Positions 45,665 to 55,200 of a stretch of 64,000 nucleotides of DNA are shown here, in pieces. Positions within the stretch are counted from its first letter, which is position 1. Every line of letters starts with the position of its first letter. Position numbers and translations under genes: made by a program. The stretch is from a virus: the IMG/VR virus record IMGVR_UViG_3300021492_000072. One strand, written 5' to 3'. Below the pieces are notes generated by a model. That model did not search any database and had not been told where the DNA came from. It saw only the letters and a program-made list of their open reading frames with translations.

Positions 45665-46640
45665 ACCTCCCCTCCATCTTCTTTATCAGCCCGTCTGTGA
45701 TCTTTGATAGTGTGGGGTGATCAGCCAACTTATAGATATCACCGAAGTTGAACGTCATCTCCCCCATTACATAACACATTTGAGCTTCAGCGGTTAACCT
45801 CTTCGCAACAAAATCCAAAACCTTAACGTTCGGTTTGTGCCGAGACAAAGCAGCTGCAATCACAACCTGATCTTTTACTGACTCTGGCTTCGATTTTAAC
45901 AGGTCGTTTATACTCTTACCTAAAATTGGGTAACTATCAATAAATTTAGCACCTGCGTTGACTCCAACAACCCCCACCGCTATATTAAGGTCAAATCCAG
46001 CACTCAGAACTTTGTGTAGATTAAACCAACTCCTCGGTGAATGAAACTTTTGGGAAGTAGGAGGATCAGGATCATAAAGAAACTCAGGGTATGCAATCAA
46101 GAACGCGGAGATTTTGCTGCTTACATTTCGGCTCGTCGCGTACTGAATAAAATCCTCTACTGTAGGATTAAACTCAATAGCGATGTCGAACCTGTCCATC
46201 ACAGGCGCTAATAGCTCTGACGCACCCGCGCTATGCAGAGATAGATTCCCAGCCGCAACAAATCTCGTTTCGTCGGATGTCTCGTGTCCGTGTAGACGAT
46301 GACACAAGAGCAGCTCAAACAACGGGGATTGAAGTTGTTCAGAAGCGAGATGTATGTCATCGAAGAACAATACACGCTTCCCATCAGCTGGTAACGGCAG
46401 CCAATTAGGTCGAGTCCAGTACGTTGCATCATCCCTAATGTCAGGGAGACCTTTGGCCTCGCCTGGTTCCATCAAATACAGCCGGAGTTCGTCAATAGGC
46501 ATGCCGAGTTCTGCTGCTGCTTGAGCTGTGATTTCTGACTTACCACAACCTGGCGGGCCAGAAATCAACACAGACAGGTTGTGTTCCAACGCTGTCTTCA
46601 AACACTCTTTAAGCTGTTTTCCACCACTGATCTTATACAT
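45663..46640 (-). CDS. MoxR-like AAA+ ATPase
   Basis: GPPGCGKS, GLP, LFFDDI, AAGN, DRF; adjacent vWA partner. Confidence 0.9.
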   Translation of the reverse strand: MYKISGGKQLKECLKTALEHNLSVLISGPPGCGKSEITAQAAAELGMPIDELRLYLMEPGEAKGLPDIRDDATYWTRPNWLPLPADGKRVLFFDDIHLASEQLQSPLFELLLCHRLHGHETSDETRFVAAGNLSLHSAGASELLAPVMDRFDIAIEFNPTVEDFIQYATSRNVSSKISAFLIAYPEFLYDPDPPTSQKFHSPRSWFNLHKVLSAGFDLNIAVGVVGVNAGAKFIDSYPILGKSINDLLKSKPESVKDQVVIAAALSRHKPNVKVLDFVAKRLTAEAQMCYVMGEMTFNFGDIYKLADHPTLSKITDGLIKKMEGR

Positions 46641-46725
46641 CTTTTCACCTCCTTCTCTTTTAATTTACCTCAAACAAATAAAACCGTACTAGTCTAAAGC
46701 ACGGTACCTTAGCCACTTATGACTA

Positions 46726-46899
46726 TCACCACTTCTTATAAGGCCAAGAGATCTTTTTATTAGGTTCAGAGTTACTTTTCAACTCTTCCAAATGTCGTGA
46801 TAAAGCCGAGTTTTCCAAAGCAAGCTTCTCAACCTCTAGTTTCAGTTTTTTCCTCTTTAACCTAAAATACGTAACCAACTCAGTCAGGAAACGCCACAT
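46726..46899 (-). CDS. unannotated 57-aa coiled-coil protein
   Basis: Hand translation MWRFLTELVTYFRLKRKKLKLEVEKLALENSAL...KKW*; AAGGAG RBS. Confidence 0.5.
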   Translation of the reverse strand: MWRFLTELVTYFRLKRKKLKLEVEKLALENSALSRHLEELKSNSEPNKKISWPYKKW

Positions 46900-46994
46900 T
46901 CACAACACTCCTTGAAAAAATTTAAAATTTAAAAAAATAAAAAATTAGTACTCACATCTGAACTCACTACCTTACAGTTGTGCTCTACCAGGTA

Positions 46995-47687
46995 TTACAT
47001 CCCCCCACTCATCAGTGAAGGCCCCCCTCTACCTATAAAGTATCTCCAAAATAGCGCGACTCGACGACGAGCAAAGTAAGTTGGGATCCAAACAACCCCA
47101 GCTCCTATCGACGATACTGCCCTCTTTAGTCCTTCTATGTCAGTAATTCTGGTCACATTACCCGAACACGTAGAAGTACCTACTGTGGGGTTGACCCTCT
47201 GAATGACCACCTCATATCCAGCGCTTACATACATAGTAGTAGCTGAGACATTCCACACACCCTTAGAAGGATATAGGGTTATACTGCCTGTACCACCACG
47301 TTGGGACAAACAAGCACAACCTCTAACTTGCAGTGACCCATAACGTGTGTTAACCTCGGCCTGTCCTTCGACCTCAACTCGCCCGGTCCAAGAGCGGTAC
47401 ACGCTCCGCACTCTCGAACCTACTATTACCCTCACTGCTAATTGGCGGAAACGGTGCTGGCTCAACCCACTTGCTGATTCTGCTAAAGATAACCAATTCT
47501 GAACCTTGTGCGAGCGGTACAGCTCGGCAACATGACGCACAAGCAATTCTGGATTATCTAAGCTCCACTTATGAGTAACTTCACACTCAAAAGGGTGAGT
47601 GATCCGTAGTTTAGTAGGTCCTAGCCAGAAAGACAGGTGCTCACTTGATGCTACAACCCCTGTAACCTCCAACTTAAGAATCATCAC
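46995..47687 (-). CDS. hypothetical protein
   Basis: 230-aa ORF. Confidence 0.55.
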   Translation of the reverse strand: MMILKLEVTGVVASSEHLSFWLGPTKLRITHPFECEVTHKWSLDNPELLVRHVAELYRSHKVQNWLSLAESASGLSQHRFRQLAVRVIVGSRVRSVYRSWTGRVEVEGQAEVNTRYGSLQVRGCACLSQRGGTGSITLYPSKGVWNVSATTMYVSAGYEVVIQRVNPTVGTSTCSGNVTRITDIEGLKRAVSSIGAGVVWIPTYFARRRVALFWRYFIGRGGPSLMSGGM

Positions 47688-47732
47688 TAATCAGCAATTC
47701 CTTTCATAAAGATCTCCTCTAGTAGGTGAAGG

Positions 47733-48179
47733 TCAGTCAGTCGTGGACCATACTCTCAAACCAACGTCCAAAAACTCCTTAATGCCATAGTCTCGCACAA
47801 CCCACTTCACTTTCCCCGCCGTTACCTGCTTTTGTATATGCAACAGTGCATGGTAAACAAGGGCTTCCCTAGTTTGATCTGACGATCTGTCCCAAAAAGG
47901 CTTCCACACTTCAACCACATAGTCGTACCCCGTCAGATATGACCACTTTCCTACCGTGCGTGAGCACTTTCCAAAAAACGAGCTCTTCTCAGCCTTGTAA
48001 AACAGGAACTTAATCACAGCCTCTTCTGCGTCACTCAACTGAAACTTCTTAATCAGTTTCTTCGCTAGCGCTTCCACTTCCGGGGCGTCCACGTACTTCT
48101 CGGCTTCCTTCGATGAAATTACCTCCTCAACAACCTCCTCTAATGTCATCTCTTTAGCCATTTTTTTCCTCCTTACCAA
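47733..48179 (-). CDS. phage metallopeptidase-like protein (HExxH changed to HALLH)
   Basis: G.C.R....W..L.GYD.V.....W......REALVYHALLHI. Confidence 0.65.
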   Translation of the reverse strand: MVRRKKMAKEMTLEEVVEEVISSKEAEKYVDAPEVEALAKKLIKKFQLSDAEEAVIKFLFYKAEKSSFFGKCSRTVGKWSYLTGYDYVVEVWKPFWDRSSDQTREALVYHALLHIQKQVTAGKVKWVVRDYGIKEFLDVGLRVWSTTD

Positions 48180-48226
48180 TACTATTCATGATTATTCCAC
48201 CAAGCTTTGTCTCTTACTATAAACGC

Positions 48227-48475
48227 CTATGCGACCTCTACCAACCTGCCACAGTACGGGCAGGTTATTGTGGTATCATAATCGCTTCTTACCATAAACT
48301 CTCTATTACACACCCCACATACTTCTTTCACAAACACTTCCCCATGTTCTCTATCTTCAATTGCAAACTCCACCACATTGTTTTTGAATATTGGGTTCTC
48401 CAGAGTTACTCCTCTATCTCGGGGCTCGATCTCACTATCAAACAATTCCCTAAAGCTTATCCAGTTTCTTCCCAC
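48227..48475 (-). CDS. zinc-ribbon protein
   Basis: CGVC...CPYCG. Confidence 0.6.
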   Translation of the reverse strand: MGRNWISFRELFDSEIEPRDRGVTLENPIFKNNVVEFAIEDREHGEVFVKEVCGVCNREFMVRSDYDTTITCPYCGRLVEVA

Positions 48476-48520
48476 CTCTCATCACCTCCTTTCTCATCCG
48501 ACTCCTTTCTACAAAATTCC

Positions 48521-48817
48521 CTAGTTTTTCTTTCTTCCTACCCAAAAGACTGTCCGCGAATTATTCCACCCAGGCTTTTCGCCAAAAATCCTCTCACACA
48601 TAGCTTCCACATCTTTATAGAACTTTTCAGAGAGATACACAAATGCATAGCCTTCACGGTACGGCTCTGGATTGACATAAGGATCCTGAAACTCAAGTAC
48701 CGCCTCAAAGACAGCTAAAGTAGCCTTGACTTCCTTCAACTTCAACTTAACAACCCCTGACCTAGTGTTAAATCCATCTACGAAGTCCTTACAAGTACTT
48801 TCCCATTCTTTCATCAT
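48521..48817 (-). CDS. hypothetical protein
   Basis: ORF track and coupling. Confidence 0.55.
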   Translation of the reverse strand: MMKEWESTCKDFVDGFNTRSGVVKLKLKEVKATLAVFEAVLEFQDPYVNPEPYREGYAFVYLSEKFYKDVEAMCERIFGEKPGWNNSRTVFWVGRKKN

Positions 48818-49131
48818 TACCCCCTACTCATCTCTCTTAACTTCTCATCTGGTGTTGTCTTAACCAAGGCTTCACAAACGTCTCGTTCATACGCACCAAT
48901 TAACACAACCATCCATGTTCCCTGTGCACGCTGACGAATTTTCATCATACGTAGCGTACGAGCTTCTGCCTCATACCTCTTAAGTATATGCTTCATCTTG
49001 GCTCGCAAGGCCAACTTTAGGAAGCGAGGGTCAACATACCGAGCTATGAAATGAGAATCGAGATATTTCCGCCCAGTAGCCCAATCATAACCCCATGTAA
49101 AGATCGTTCTCGCGCCTCCTTTACGTTTCAT
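48817..49131 (-). CDS. hypothetical protein
   Basis: ORF track. Confidence 0.5.
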   Translation of the reverse strand: MKRKGGARTIFTWGYDWATGRKYLDSHFIARYVDPRFLKLALRAKMKHILKRYEAEARTLRMMKIRQRAQGTWMVVLIGAYERDVCEALVKTTPDEKLREMSRG

Positions 49132-49184
49132 CAGACTTCCTTTTTAAAAAATTTTAATTTTAAAAAAATTTTTTTTGACCGCAC

Positions 49185-49520
49185 CTACGCACAAAGACGT
49201 AAGAGCCTTCTCTCACCTTGCGAGAGGTTCAGCACATCTTCTAACCAACTCAACAGATCCTCTTTCGCGATAAATTCAGGGCAAGCAAGAGACACCAACG
49301 TTCCAACTCTATCAATCATAATCCGCGCACCGTACTTAAGCGCGCGCGTGGCAGCCCCAGGATATCTTCTCCTAAAGGCGCTCCAGTACCCCAAATGATT
49401 TGGGCTAACATGAATGTGATAACACCCATTAACACGTACTATAACCGCAGATTCCACAAGCATATGCGGCACTGCGGAGGACATTATGTAAGTCAGCATC
49501 CACACTGTGCCTTCTCGCAA
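49185..49520 (-). CDS. family A paralogue
   Basis: AVP/H..YW/CPEF/GER scaffold. Confidence 0.8.
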   Translation of the reverse strand: MREGTVWMLTYIMSSAVPHMLVESAVIVRVNGCYHIHVSPNHLGYWSAFRRRYPGAATRALKYGARIMIDRVGTLVSLACPEFIAKEDLLSWLEDVLNLSQGERRLLRLCA

Positions 49521-49813
49521 ATGTATAGCAACCTTCGCTCTCCTTGTGACAAACCTAGTGTGTCCGCCAACCAGTCTAACAATCCTTTTTGTGTAGAAAA
49601 CTCAGGACAAGTGCCACTCATTTTTGCACCACGCTCTTGCGCCAATCTCACACTATTAGAGTACCTCCTCTTAAACTGTGCCCAATATTCACTATGGTCA
49701 GGGGTGACTAAAATAAAGTACCACCGCCCCTTAACCAAGTCAGTGATCACCGCATAGCTAACTCGCGCGTTAGGTACAGCATGTGATAGTATGTGAGTTA
49801 ACATTTGCATCAA
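49493..49813 (-). CDS. family A paralogue
   Basis: Scaffold motifs. Confidence 0.8.
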   Translation of the reverse strand: MMQMLTHILSHAVPNARVSYAVITDLVKGRWYFILVTPDHSEYWAQFKRRYSNSVRLAQERGAKMSGTCPEFSTQKGLLDWLADTLGLSQGERRLLYICEKAQCGC

Positions 49814-50145
49814 AGTAAACTAAGCTCCAACAGTTTTCTCTCACCCTGTGACAAACTTAGTGTGTCCGCTAACCAACCCAGCAAATTCTCTTTTGAATGA
49901 AACACCGGGCACTGTCGGCGCCCTAACTCAAGATCAAGTTCTTCAACACCACGTGCGCAAGCTAATCGTTTATAGTGAGGATACTTTTGTCTAAAACATC
50001 CCCAAAAGTCCCTGTGGTGGGGCTCAACTACTATATAATAGTCACTTATGCCCCACTTAGGCAAATCCCAATGTTCTATCCTCGCCGATTCAACATACAC
50101 TTCTGGTACAGCTCGTGCTAATAATTGAGTCAAAAACCGAGACAA
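49810..50145 (-). CDS. family A paralogue
   Basis: Scaffold motifs. Confidence 0.8.
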   Translation of the reverse strand: MSRFLTQLLARAVPEVYVESARIEHWDLPKWGISDYYIVVEPHHRDFWGCFRQKYPHYKRLACARGVEELDLELGRRQCPVFHSKENLLGWLADTLSLSQGERKLLELSLL

Positions 50146-50465
50146 CCTCCATACCCCTCACACAGAAGTAGAAGTTTTCTTTCACCCTGAGTCAATTTAA
50201 GCACATCAGATAGCCACTCAAACAAATCCCCCAAATCAGCAAATTCTGGGCAAAAGCCACGAGCTATTGATTCCTTTGTTGCTCCCTTTGAGAACGCTAT
50301 TTTCGCCCCATACGGATAAGTTTCCCTAAACCGCTCCCAATACCCGTAGTGATTCGGTCCAACTAAAATCCAATACAACCCTGACGATGCTCTAACCACT
50401 GTTGCTGACTCAACACGTACTTTTGGTACAGCATCCGCTAGTAATTGAGTCAAAACTTGCGGCAC
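50130..50465 (-). CDS. family A paralogue
   Basis: Scaffold motifs. Confidence 0.8.
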   Translation of the reverse strand: MPQVLTQLLADAVPKVRVESATVVRASSGLYWILVGPNHYGYWERFRETYPYGAKIAFSKGATKESIARGFCPEFADLGDLFEWLSDVLKLTQGERKLLLLCEGYGGCLGF

Positions 50466-50791
50466 CTTTTACACCTCTTACATAGAAGTAATAAAAGATT
50501 TCTTTCACCTTGAGGTAACTCGAGCACCTCAAACAACCAATTAAGCAAATTTTCCAAATCATCAAATTCCGGGCAAAAGCCGCGTAGCCCTAGTGAGTCT
50601 TTCCGTACATGATATGTAAACGCAACTTGCTTCCAGTGAGGATAAATCTCCCCAAACCGCTCCCAATACTTCTCATGATCCGGGTCAACTAAAATCCAGT
50701 ACACATTCGGTAACGCTCTAATCACCGTCGCTGACTTAACGTACACATCTGGCACAGCGTTCGCTAGTAAGCGAGTTAAAAACCGGGGCAT
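50450..50791 (-). CDS. family A paralogue
   Basis: Scaffold motifs; start trimmed to MPRF. Confidence 0.8.
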   Translation of the reverse strand: MPRFLTRLLANAVPDVYVKSATVIRALPNVYWILVDPDHEKYWERFGEIYPHWKQVAFTYHVRKDSLGLRGFCPEFDDLENLLNWLFEVLELPQGERNLLLLLCKRCKRCRKF

Positions 50792-51126
50792 CCTCTGCGC
50801 CCTACACATAAAAGCAGTAGTTTTCTTTCACCGTAATCCAGCCCAAGCACATCAAACAACCAGTTAAGTAAATTTTCCAAAACATCAAACTCTGGACAAA
50901 AGCCACACGAGTTTAACGAGTCCTTCCGTGCATGATATGTAAATGCAACTCGTTTCCAGTGAGGATAAATCTCTTTAAACTGCCACCAGTACCTATAATG
51001 ATTTGGCTCAACGCTAATCCAGTACGACCACAACCATGGTGCTCTGAATGTTTTGACCAACGACGCTGACTCAACACGCACATCAGGCACGACACGCGCT
51101 AATAACGAGGTCAATATCTGCGACAT
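50776..51126 (-). CDS. family A paralogue
   Basis: Scaffold motifs. Confidence 0.8.
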   Translation of the reverse strand: MSQILTSLLARVVPDVRVESASLVKTFRAPWLWSYWISVEPNHYRYWWQFKEIYPHWKRVAFTYHARKDSLNSCGFCPEFDVLENLLNWLFDVLGLDYGERKLLLLCVGRRGCPGF

Positions 51127-51461
51127 TCTCTAACCTTCTCATATAGAAGTAAAAGATTTCTTTCACCTTGAGTCAACTCGAGTACCTCAAACAACCAATT
51201 AAGCAAATTTTCCAAATCAGCAAATTCTGGGCAAAAACCTTCGATCATCAGCGATTTATCCGTCGCCTTATATGTGCGCGCTATCTGTACACAACTTGGA
51301 AAGGTCTTCCTAAACCGTCTCCAGTACTCATAATGACGCGGATCAACCCGAATCCAGCACAAACCCACTGACGATCTAACCAACGCCGCTGATTCAACTT
51401 TTACATTGGGTACAGCTCGCTCTAGCAACCAAGCTAAACATTCTAGAGTGACCTTTGACAT
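51111..51461 (-). CDS. family A paralogue
   Basis: Scaffold motifs. Confidence 0.8.
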   Translation of the reverse strand: MSKVTLECLAWLLERAVPNVKVESAALVRSSVGLCWIRVDPRHYEYWRRFRKTFPSCVQIARTYKATDKSLMIEGFCPEFADLENLLNWLFEVLELTQGERNLLLLYEKVRECRRY

Positions 51462-51787
51462 GACTGTGCCTCAACACTAAGTTGTATAAACTTCCGTTCA
51501 CCCTGTGATAAACCTAGCGTATCCGCCAACCAATTAATTAAATCTTCTCTCACACGAAATACAGGACAGGATCCAAAAGGTACTAGTGAAGATTCCAATG
51601 CTTTATATTCACACGCGACTCGTTTCCAGTGTGGGTAGGTCCTCTTAAAGCGCTCCCAATAATAGCCATGATTTGGCTCAACCCAAATCCAATAATGGCC
51701 CGTAAACGTGCGAACCACCGCCGAAGTTGGCTCAACTCGTACGTCAGGCACGGCGCGGCGTAATATTGTTGTTAACACTCGAGTCAT
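51443..51787 (-). CDS. family A paralogue
   Basis: Scaffold motifs; start trimmed to MTRV. Confidence 0.8.
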   Translation of the reverse strand: MTRVLTTILRRAVPDVRVEPTSAVVRTFTGHYWIWVEPNHGYYWERFKRTYPHWKRVACEYKALESSLVPFGSCPVFRVREDLINWLADTLGLSQGERKFIQLSVEAQSCQRSL

Positions 51788-51789
51788 GA

Positions 51790-52122
51790 TCACACCCCTG
51801 CAGAAAGACGTAGAAGTTTGCGCTCTCCCTGTGTCAGACCCAGTGTGTCTGCTAACCAACCTATCAAGTCCTCTTTTGAAAGAAACTCTGGACAGAGCCA
51901 ACCAGTCATAAGTGAGTACCCAACAGCTCCATATTCATATGCTACCCGGCTAAAGTGAGGGTACATCTCTTGGAAACGAGTCCAGTACACATCATGATAC
52001 GGTTCCACACGGAGCCAATACCTACTCCCTAGGGGCCCAAAATCCCGCTTAACCACTTCCGCCGAGCCAACGTAAACAGTAGGTACAGCGTGAGACAATA
52101 CAAGAGCGACAAACTGCATCAT
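51790..52122 (-). CDS. family A paralogue
   Basis: Scaffold motifs; ATGA-coupled start. Confidence 0.8.
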   Translation of the reverse strand: MMQFVALVLSHAVPTVYVGSAEVVKRDFGPLGSRYWLRVEPYHDVYWTRFQEMYPHFSRVAYEYGAVGYSLMTGWLCPEFLSKEDLIGWLADTLGLTQGERKLLRLSAGV

Positions 52123-52439
52123 TTGACTCCTTTGTACAAGCGTAGGAAGTCTCTCTCCCCCTGTGTTAGGTTCAGTACATCCATCACCCAACCTAACAGA
52201 TCCTCCTGTGTTGGAAACTTAGGACAACAATGCCCTAAAGTAAACCGCTCCGCTCCGTGTTTAAGAGCCAAATGCCTATAATGAGGATACTTTATCCGAA
52301 AGTAACCCCAAAAGTCTACATGATGTGGTTCAACATAAATAAAGTATCCCTCCTTTGATGACCACCGCTTCACCTCTACCGACGCTACATACACCTCAGG
52401 TACGGCGCGAGAAAGTAAAAATGTTAAAAGTTGTGTCAT
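52119..52439 (-). CDS. family A paralogue
   Basis: Scaffold motifs; start trimmed to MTQLL. Confidence 0.8.
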   Translation of the reverse strand: MTQLLTFLLSRAVPEVYVASVEVKRWSSKEGYFIYVEPHHVDFWGYFRIKYPHYRHLALKHGAERFTLGHCCPKFPTQEDLLGWVMDVLNLTQGERDFLRLYKGVK

Positions 52440-52794
52440 CCGTTGTGCCTCCCCACAGCCGTAGAAGGTTGCGCTCACTATGGGTCAACTCAAGCACATC
52501 AAACAACCAGTTCATCAAGTCTCGCGCTGTAGTAAACTCTGGGCAGAAGCAATGCAAATCAGGTATTGTTCTATGCTTATACGCAATCTGTTTCCAGTTT
52601 GGGTGAGCCTCTTTGAAACACTTCCAGTACGTGTAGTGATCTGGATCAACCCGAATCCAGTATGTGGTTCGACCTGGCACAACCACCTGGATCCTGTGTT
52701 CAGTTTGATCTGTCCCAACAATTTCTGCGGAGACAACTCGTACTCCACTCACAGCACGAGACAAAATATATGTTAAAAACCTAGACCGTTTCAT
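52396..52794 (-). CDS. family A paralogue
   Basis: Scaffold motifs; long loop 1. Confidence 0.8.
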   Translation of the reverse strand: MKRSRFLTYILSRAVSGVRVVSAEIVGTDQTEHRIQVVVPGRTTYWIRVDPDHYTYWKCFKEAHPNWKQIAYKHRTIPDLHCFCPEFTTARDLMNWLFDVLELTHSERNLLRLWGGTTDDTTFNIFTFSRRT

Positions 52795-53105
52795 AATCCT
52801 ACATCAAGAAGCAAGAGTTTACGCTCACCATCAGTCAAACCTAATATCTCTGATAGCCAATCAGTCAACGCGTCCCGCGAGCAAAACTCTGGGCAAGCAA
52901 CCTCATGGACTCTCGCGTTACGCTTCCGTGCCAAACGTGTACAATCAGGATACCTCTCTCTGAACCGCTTCCAATAACCAGATTGATCGGGTGTAACGTA
53001 AATGTAAAACCATGTTCCACTACGGTATCGAACGCAAGATATCTCCACTGAGTCAATACACGCGCCAGGCACAGCGTGGGAGAGTATAGACATTAACAAA
53101 CTCAT
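52791..53105 (-). CDS. family A paralogue
   Basis: Scaffold motifs. Confidence 0.8.
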   Translation of the reverse strand: MSLLMSILSHAVPGACIDSVEISCVRYRSGTWFYIYVTPDQSGYWKRFRERYPDCTRLARKRNARVHEVACPEFCSRDALTDWLSEILGLTDGERKLLLLDVGL

Positions 53106-53431
53106 ACCCCTCCTTCGCGAAGTTGCAAAAGATTTCGCTCCCCTTTTGACACATTTAGCACATCAAACAACCAATCTAACAAGTTCTCTAAAGAAGTAAA
53201 CTCAGGGCAGTTCCCAGAAGGTATTAACGAAGCCCCTAACGCTTCATACTTACACACAACCCGCTTCCACTGTGGATAGACTCTTTTAAAGCGTTCCCAA
53301 TAATAACCATGACTCGGCTTAACTAAAAGCCAGTATCGGCCTCTCACTGACTCAACAACTTCCACAGAGTCAACTCGCACTTCACTCACAGCTTGAGATA
53401 AGATATATGCTAAAAACCCAGACCGTTTCAT
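53102..53431 (-). CDS. family A paralogue
   Basis: Scaffold motifs. Confidence 0.8.
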   Translation of the reverse strand: MKRSGFLAYILSQAVSEVRVDSVEVVESVRGRYWLLVKPSHGYYWERFKRVYPQWKRVVCKYEALGASLIPSGNCPEFTSLENLLDWLFDVLNVSKGERNLLQLREGGV

Positions 53432-53748
53432 AATCCTACATCAAGAAGTAAGAGTTTACGCTCACCACGCGTCAACCCCAGCACCTTAGACAACCACTCC
53501 ACTAAACCTCTTCGCGTGGAAGACGTGGGCCAGCAAACTTCAGCGGCCGATAGTGGTACTACTCTATATTTGCGAACCATCTGCTCCCAATAAGGGTAAG
53601 CTCTTTCAAAACGCTCCCAATAACTGTAGTGATCTGGCTCAACCCAAATCCAATACAGATCCCCTACTTTAGTCAACGTTGCAGAATCAATCGGAACCCC
53701 ACTTACAGCTCGAGTCAAAATATATGTTAAAAACTTAAACCGTCCCAT
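53428..53748 (-). CDS. family A paralogue
   Basis: Scaffold motifs (CPEF replaced by WPTS). Confidence 0.8.
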   Translation of the reverse strand: MGRFKFLTYILTRAVSGVPIDSATLTKVGDLYWIWVEPDHYSYWERFERAYPYWEQMVRKYRVVPLSAAEVCWPTSSTRRGLVEWLSKVLGLTRGERKLLLLDVGL

Positions 53749-54062
53749 AGTCCTACATCGAGGAGTAAGAGTTTACATTCACCTTGTGTCAACTTCAACG
53801 TATCAGACAACCACCCCACTAAAGCCTTTTGTGTAGGAGACGCTGGCCATCGAATTTCGTCTACCGTTAGAATTGTTAACTCATATTTATAAGCCACTTG
53901 CTCCCAGTGGGGGTAAGTTCTTTCAAACCAATCCCAATATGCATAATGGCTAGGAGCGACTAGGAACCAGTACAAATCTCCTACTCCTTTGATCAACGTC
54001 ACTGAATCGACCTGGATATTAGGTACAGCGCGAGTCATTATCAGGGTTAACAGTTGAGTCAT
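53727..54062 (-). CDS. family A paralogue
   Basis: Scaffold motifs; ATGA-coupled start. Confidence 0.8.
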   Translation of the reverse strand: MTQLLTLIMTRAVPNIQVDSVTLIKGVGDLYWFLVAPSHYAYWDWFERTYPHWEQVAYKYELTILTVDEIRWPASPTQKALVGWLSDTLKLTQGECKLLLLDVGLWDGLSF

Positions 54063-54406
54063 CCTACTATATTTTCCATGAGGTACAAAAGGTTTCTTTC
54101 TCCCGAGGGTAGGTTTAACACATCTGATAGCCAACTCAACAGCCCTTTCTGAGTAGAAAACACTGGGCACCGGATTCCTGTTACCGATGATAACACCCCA
54201 TACTTACGAGCCAACCGCTTCCAGTGAGGATAAGACTTCTTAAAACGCGTCCAGAACTCATAATGATTTGGGGTAACTAGCAGCCAACACGGACCCCCCA
54301 CCGATCCAACCACCGCCACCGAATCGACCCGCACATCCGGCACAGCTCGCGACAATATAGGCTTCGCCAGTGAAATTTTCCGCAAGTAAGTTAACGACCT
54401 TGACAT
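54059..54406 (-). CDS. family A paralogue
   Basis: Scaffold motifs. Confidence 0.8.
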   Translation of the reverse strand: MSRSLTYLRKISLAKPILSRAVPDVRVDSVAVVGSVGGPCWLLVTPNHYEFWTRFKKSYPHWKRLARKYGVLSSVTGIRCPVFSTQKGLLSWLSDVLNLPSGERNLLYLMENIVG

Positions 54407-54762
54407 CCTATTTTACCCCCCACAAGGTGTAGGAGCCTTCTCTCTCCTGGGGTCAAGTTCAACACATCTGATAGCCAGTCCAACAACTTCTTCTGTGTAG
54501 GAAACACTGGGCAACAGCCTCTCGTTACTGACTGCGACAAAACTCCATGTCTATAAGCCACTTGCCTCCAGTGAGGGTAAGTGCTTTCAAAACGATCCCA
54601 GTACTTATAATGACTGGGAGCGACCAGAAACCAGTACTGATCCCCTAGTGACTTAACTATCACCACTGAGTCAACCCGCGCATCCGGCACAGCACGTGAC
54701 AACAAAGACTTTATTAACATAACTTCCGTAACTTTCCAGAACCGAGTCAACAACCGCGACAT
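54391..54762 (-). CDS. family A paralogue
   Basis: Scaffold motifs; start trimmed to MSRLL. Confidence 0.8.
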   Translation of the reverse strand: MSRLLTRFWKVTEVMLIKSLLSRAVPDARVDSVVIVKSLGDQYWFLVAPSHYKYWDRFESTYPHWRQVAYRHGVLSQSVTRGCCPVFPTQKKLLDWLSDVLNLTPGERRLLHLVGGKIGCQGR

Positions 54763-55148
54763 CTTATTTTGCCCTCCATGAGGTACAAAAGGTTTCTTTC
54801 TCCTGGCGACAAACTCAACACATCTGATAACCAATCAATTAACATACCCCGTGAAGAAAATTCTGGGCACAGTTTACGAGTCGTAACCGAGTAAGTTGCC
54901 GACCTATATTTATATGCAACCTGCTTCCAATGAGGATAGATTTCCCTGAAACGTCTCCAATAAATATAGGGTTCTGGCCTAACATCAAATGAATATGCAA
55001 CTCCCAACTTAACAGGATATGGTGTCATCTTTTTAAAATCGAAAGACCACTGTAAGGGCACAAGCGACTCAACTACCTCTACTTTCCAAACACGTACACC
55101 CGGCACGGCACGCGAAAGTAAAGAGGTCAAGAAACGCGACATAGTCAT
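54747..55148 (-). CDS. family A paralogue
   Basis: Scaffold motifs; long loop 1. Confidence 0.8.
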   Translation of the reverse strand: MTMSRFLTSLLSRAVPGVRVWKVEVVESLVPLQWSFDFKKMTPYPVKLGVAYSFDVRPEPYIYWRRFREIYPHWKQVAYKYRSATYSVTTRKLCPEFSSRGMLIDWLSDVLSLSPGERNLLYLMEGKIRCRGC

Positions 55149-55200
55149 ACTCTCACAAAGTCGTAGCAGCTCTCTGTAACCTTACCATAGCGACGCCAAG

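Noticed and set aside
48192-48570. Spacer ttattccac also occurs at ~48192 and ~48561 (possible self-targeting)
   Set aside because: The partner spacer is not adjacent at either site; single 9-mer hits are not significant in 64 kb.
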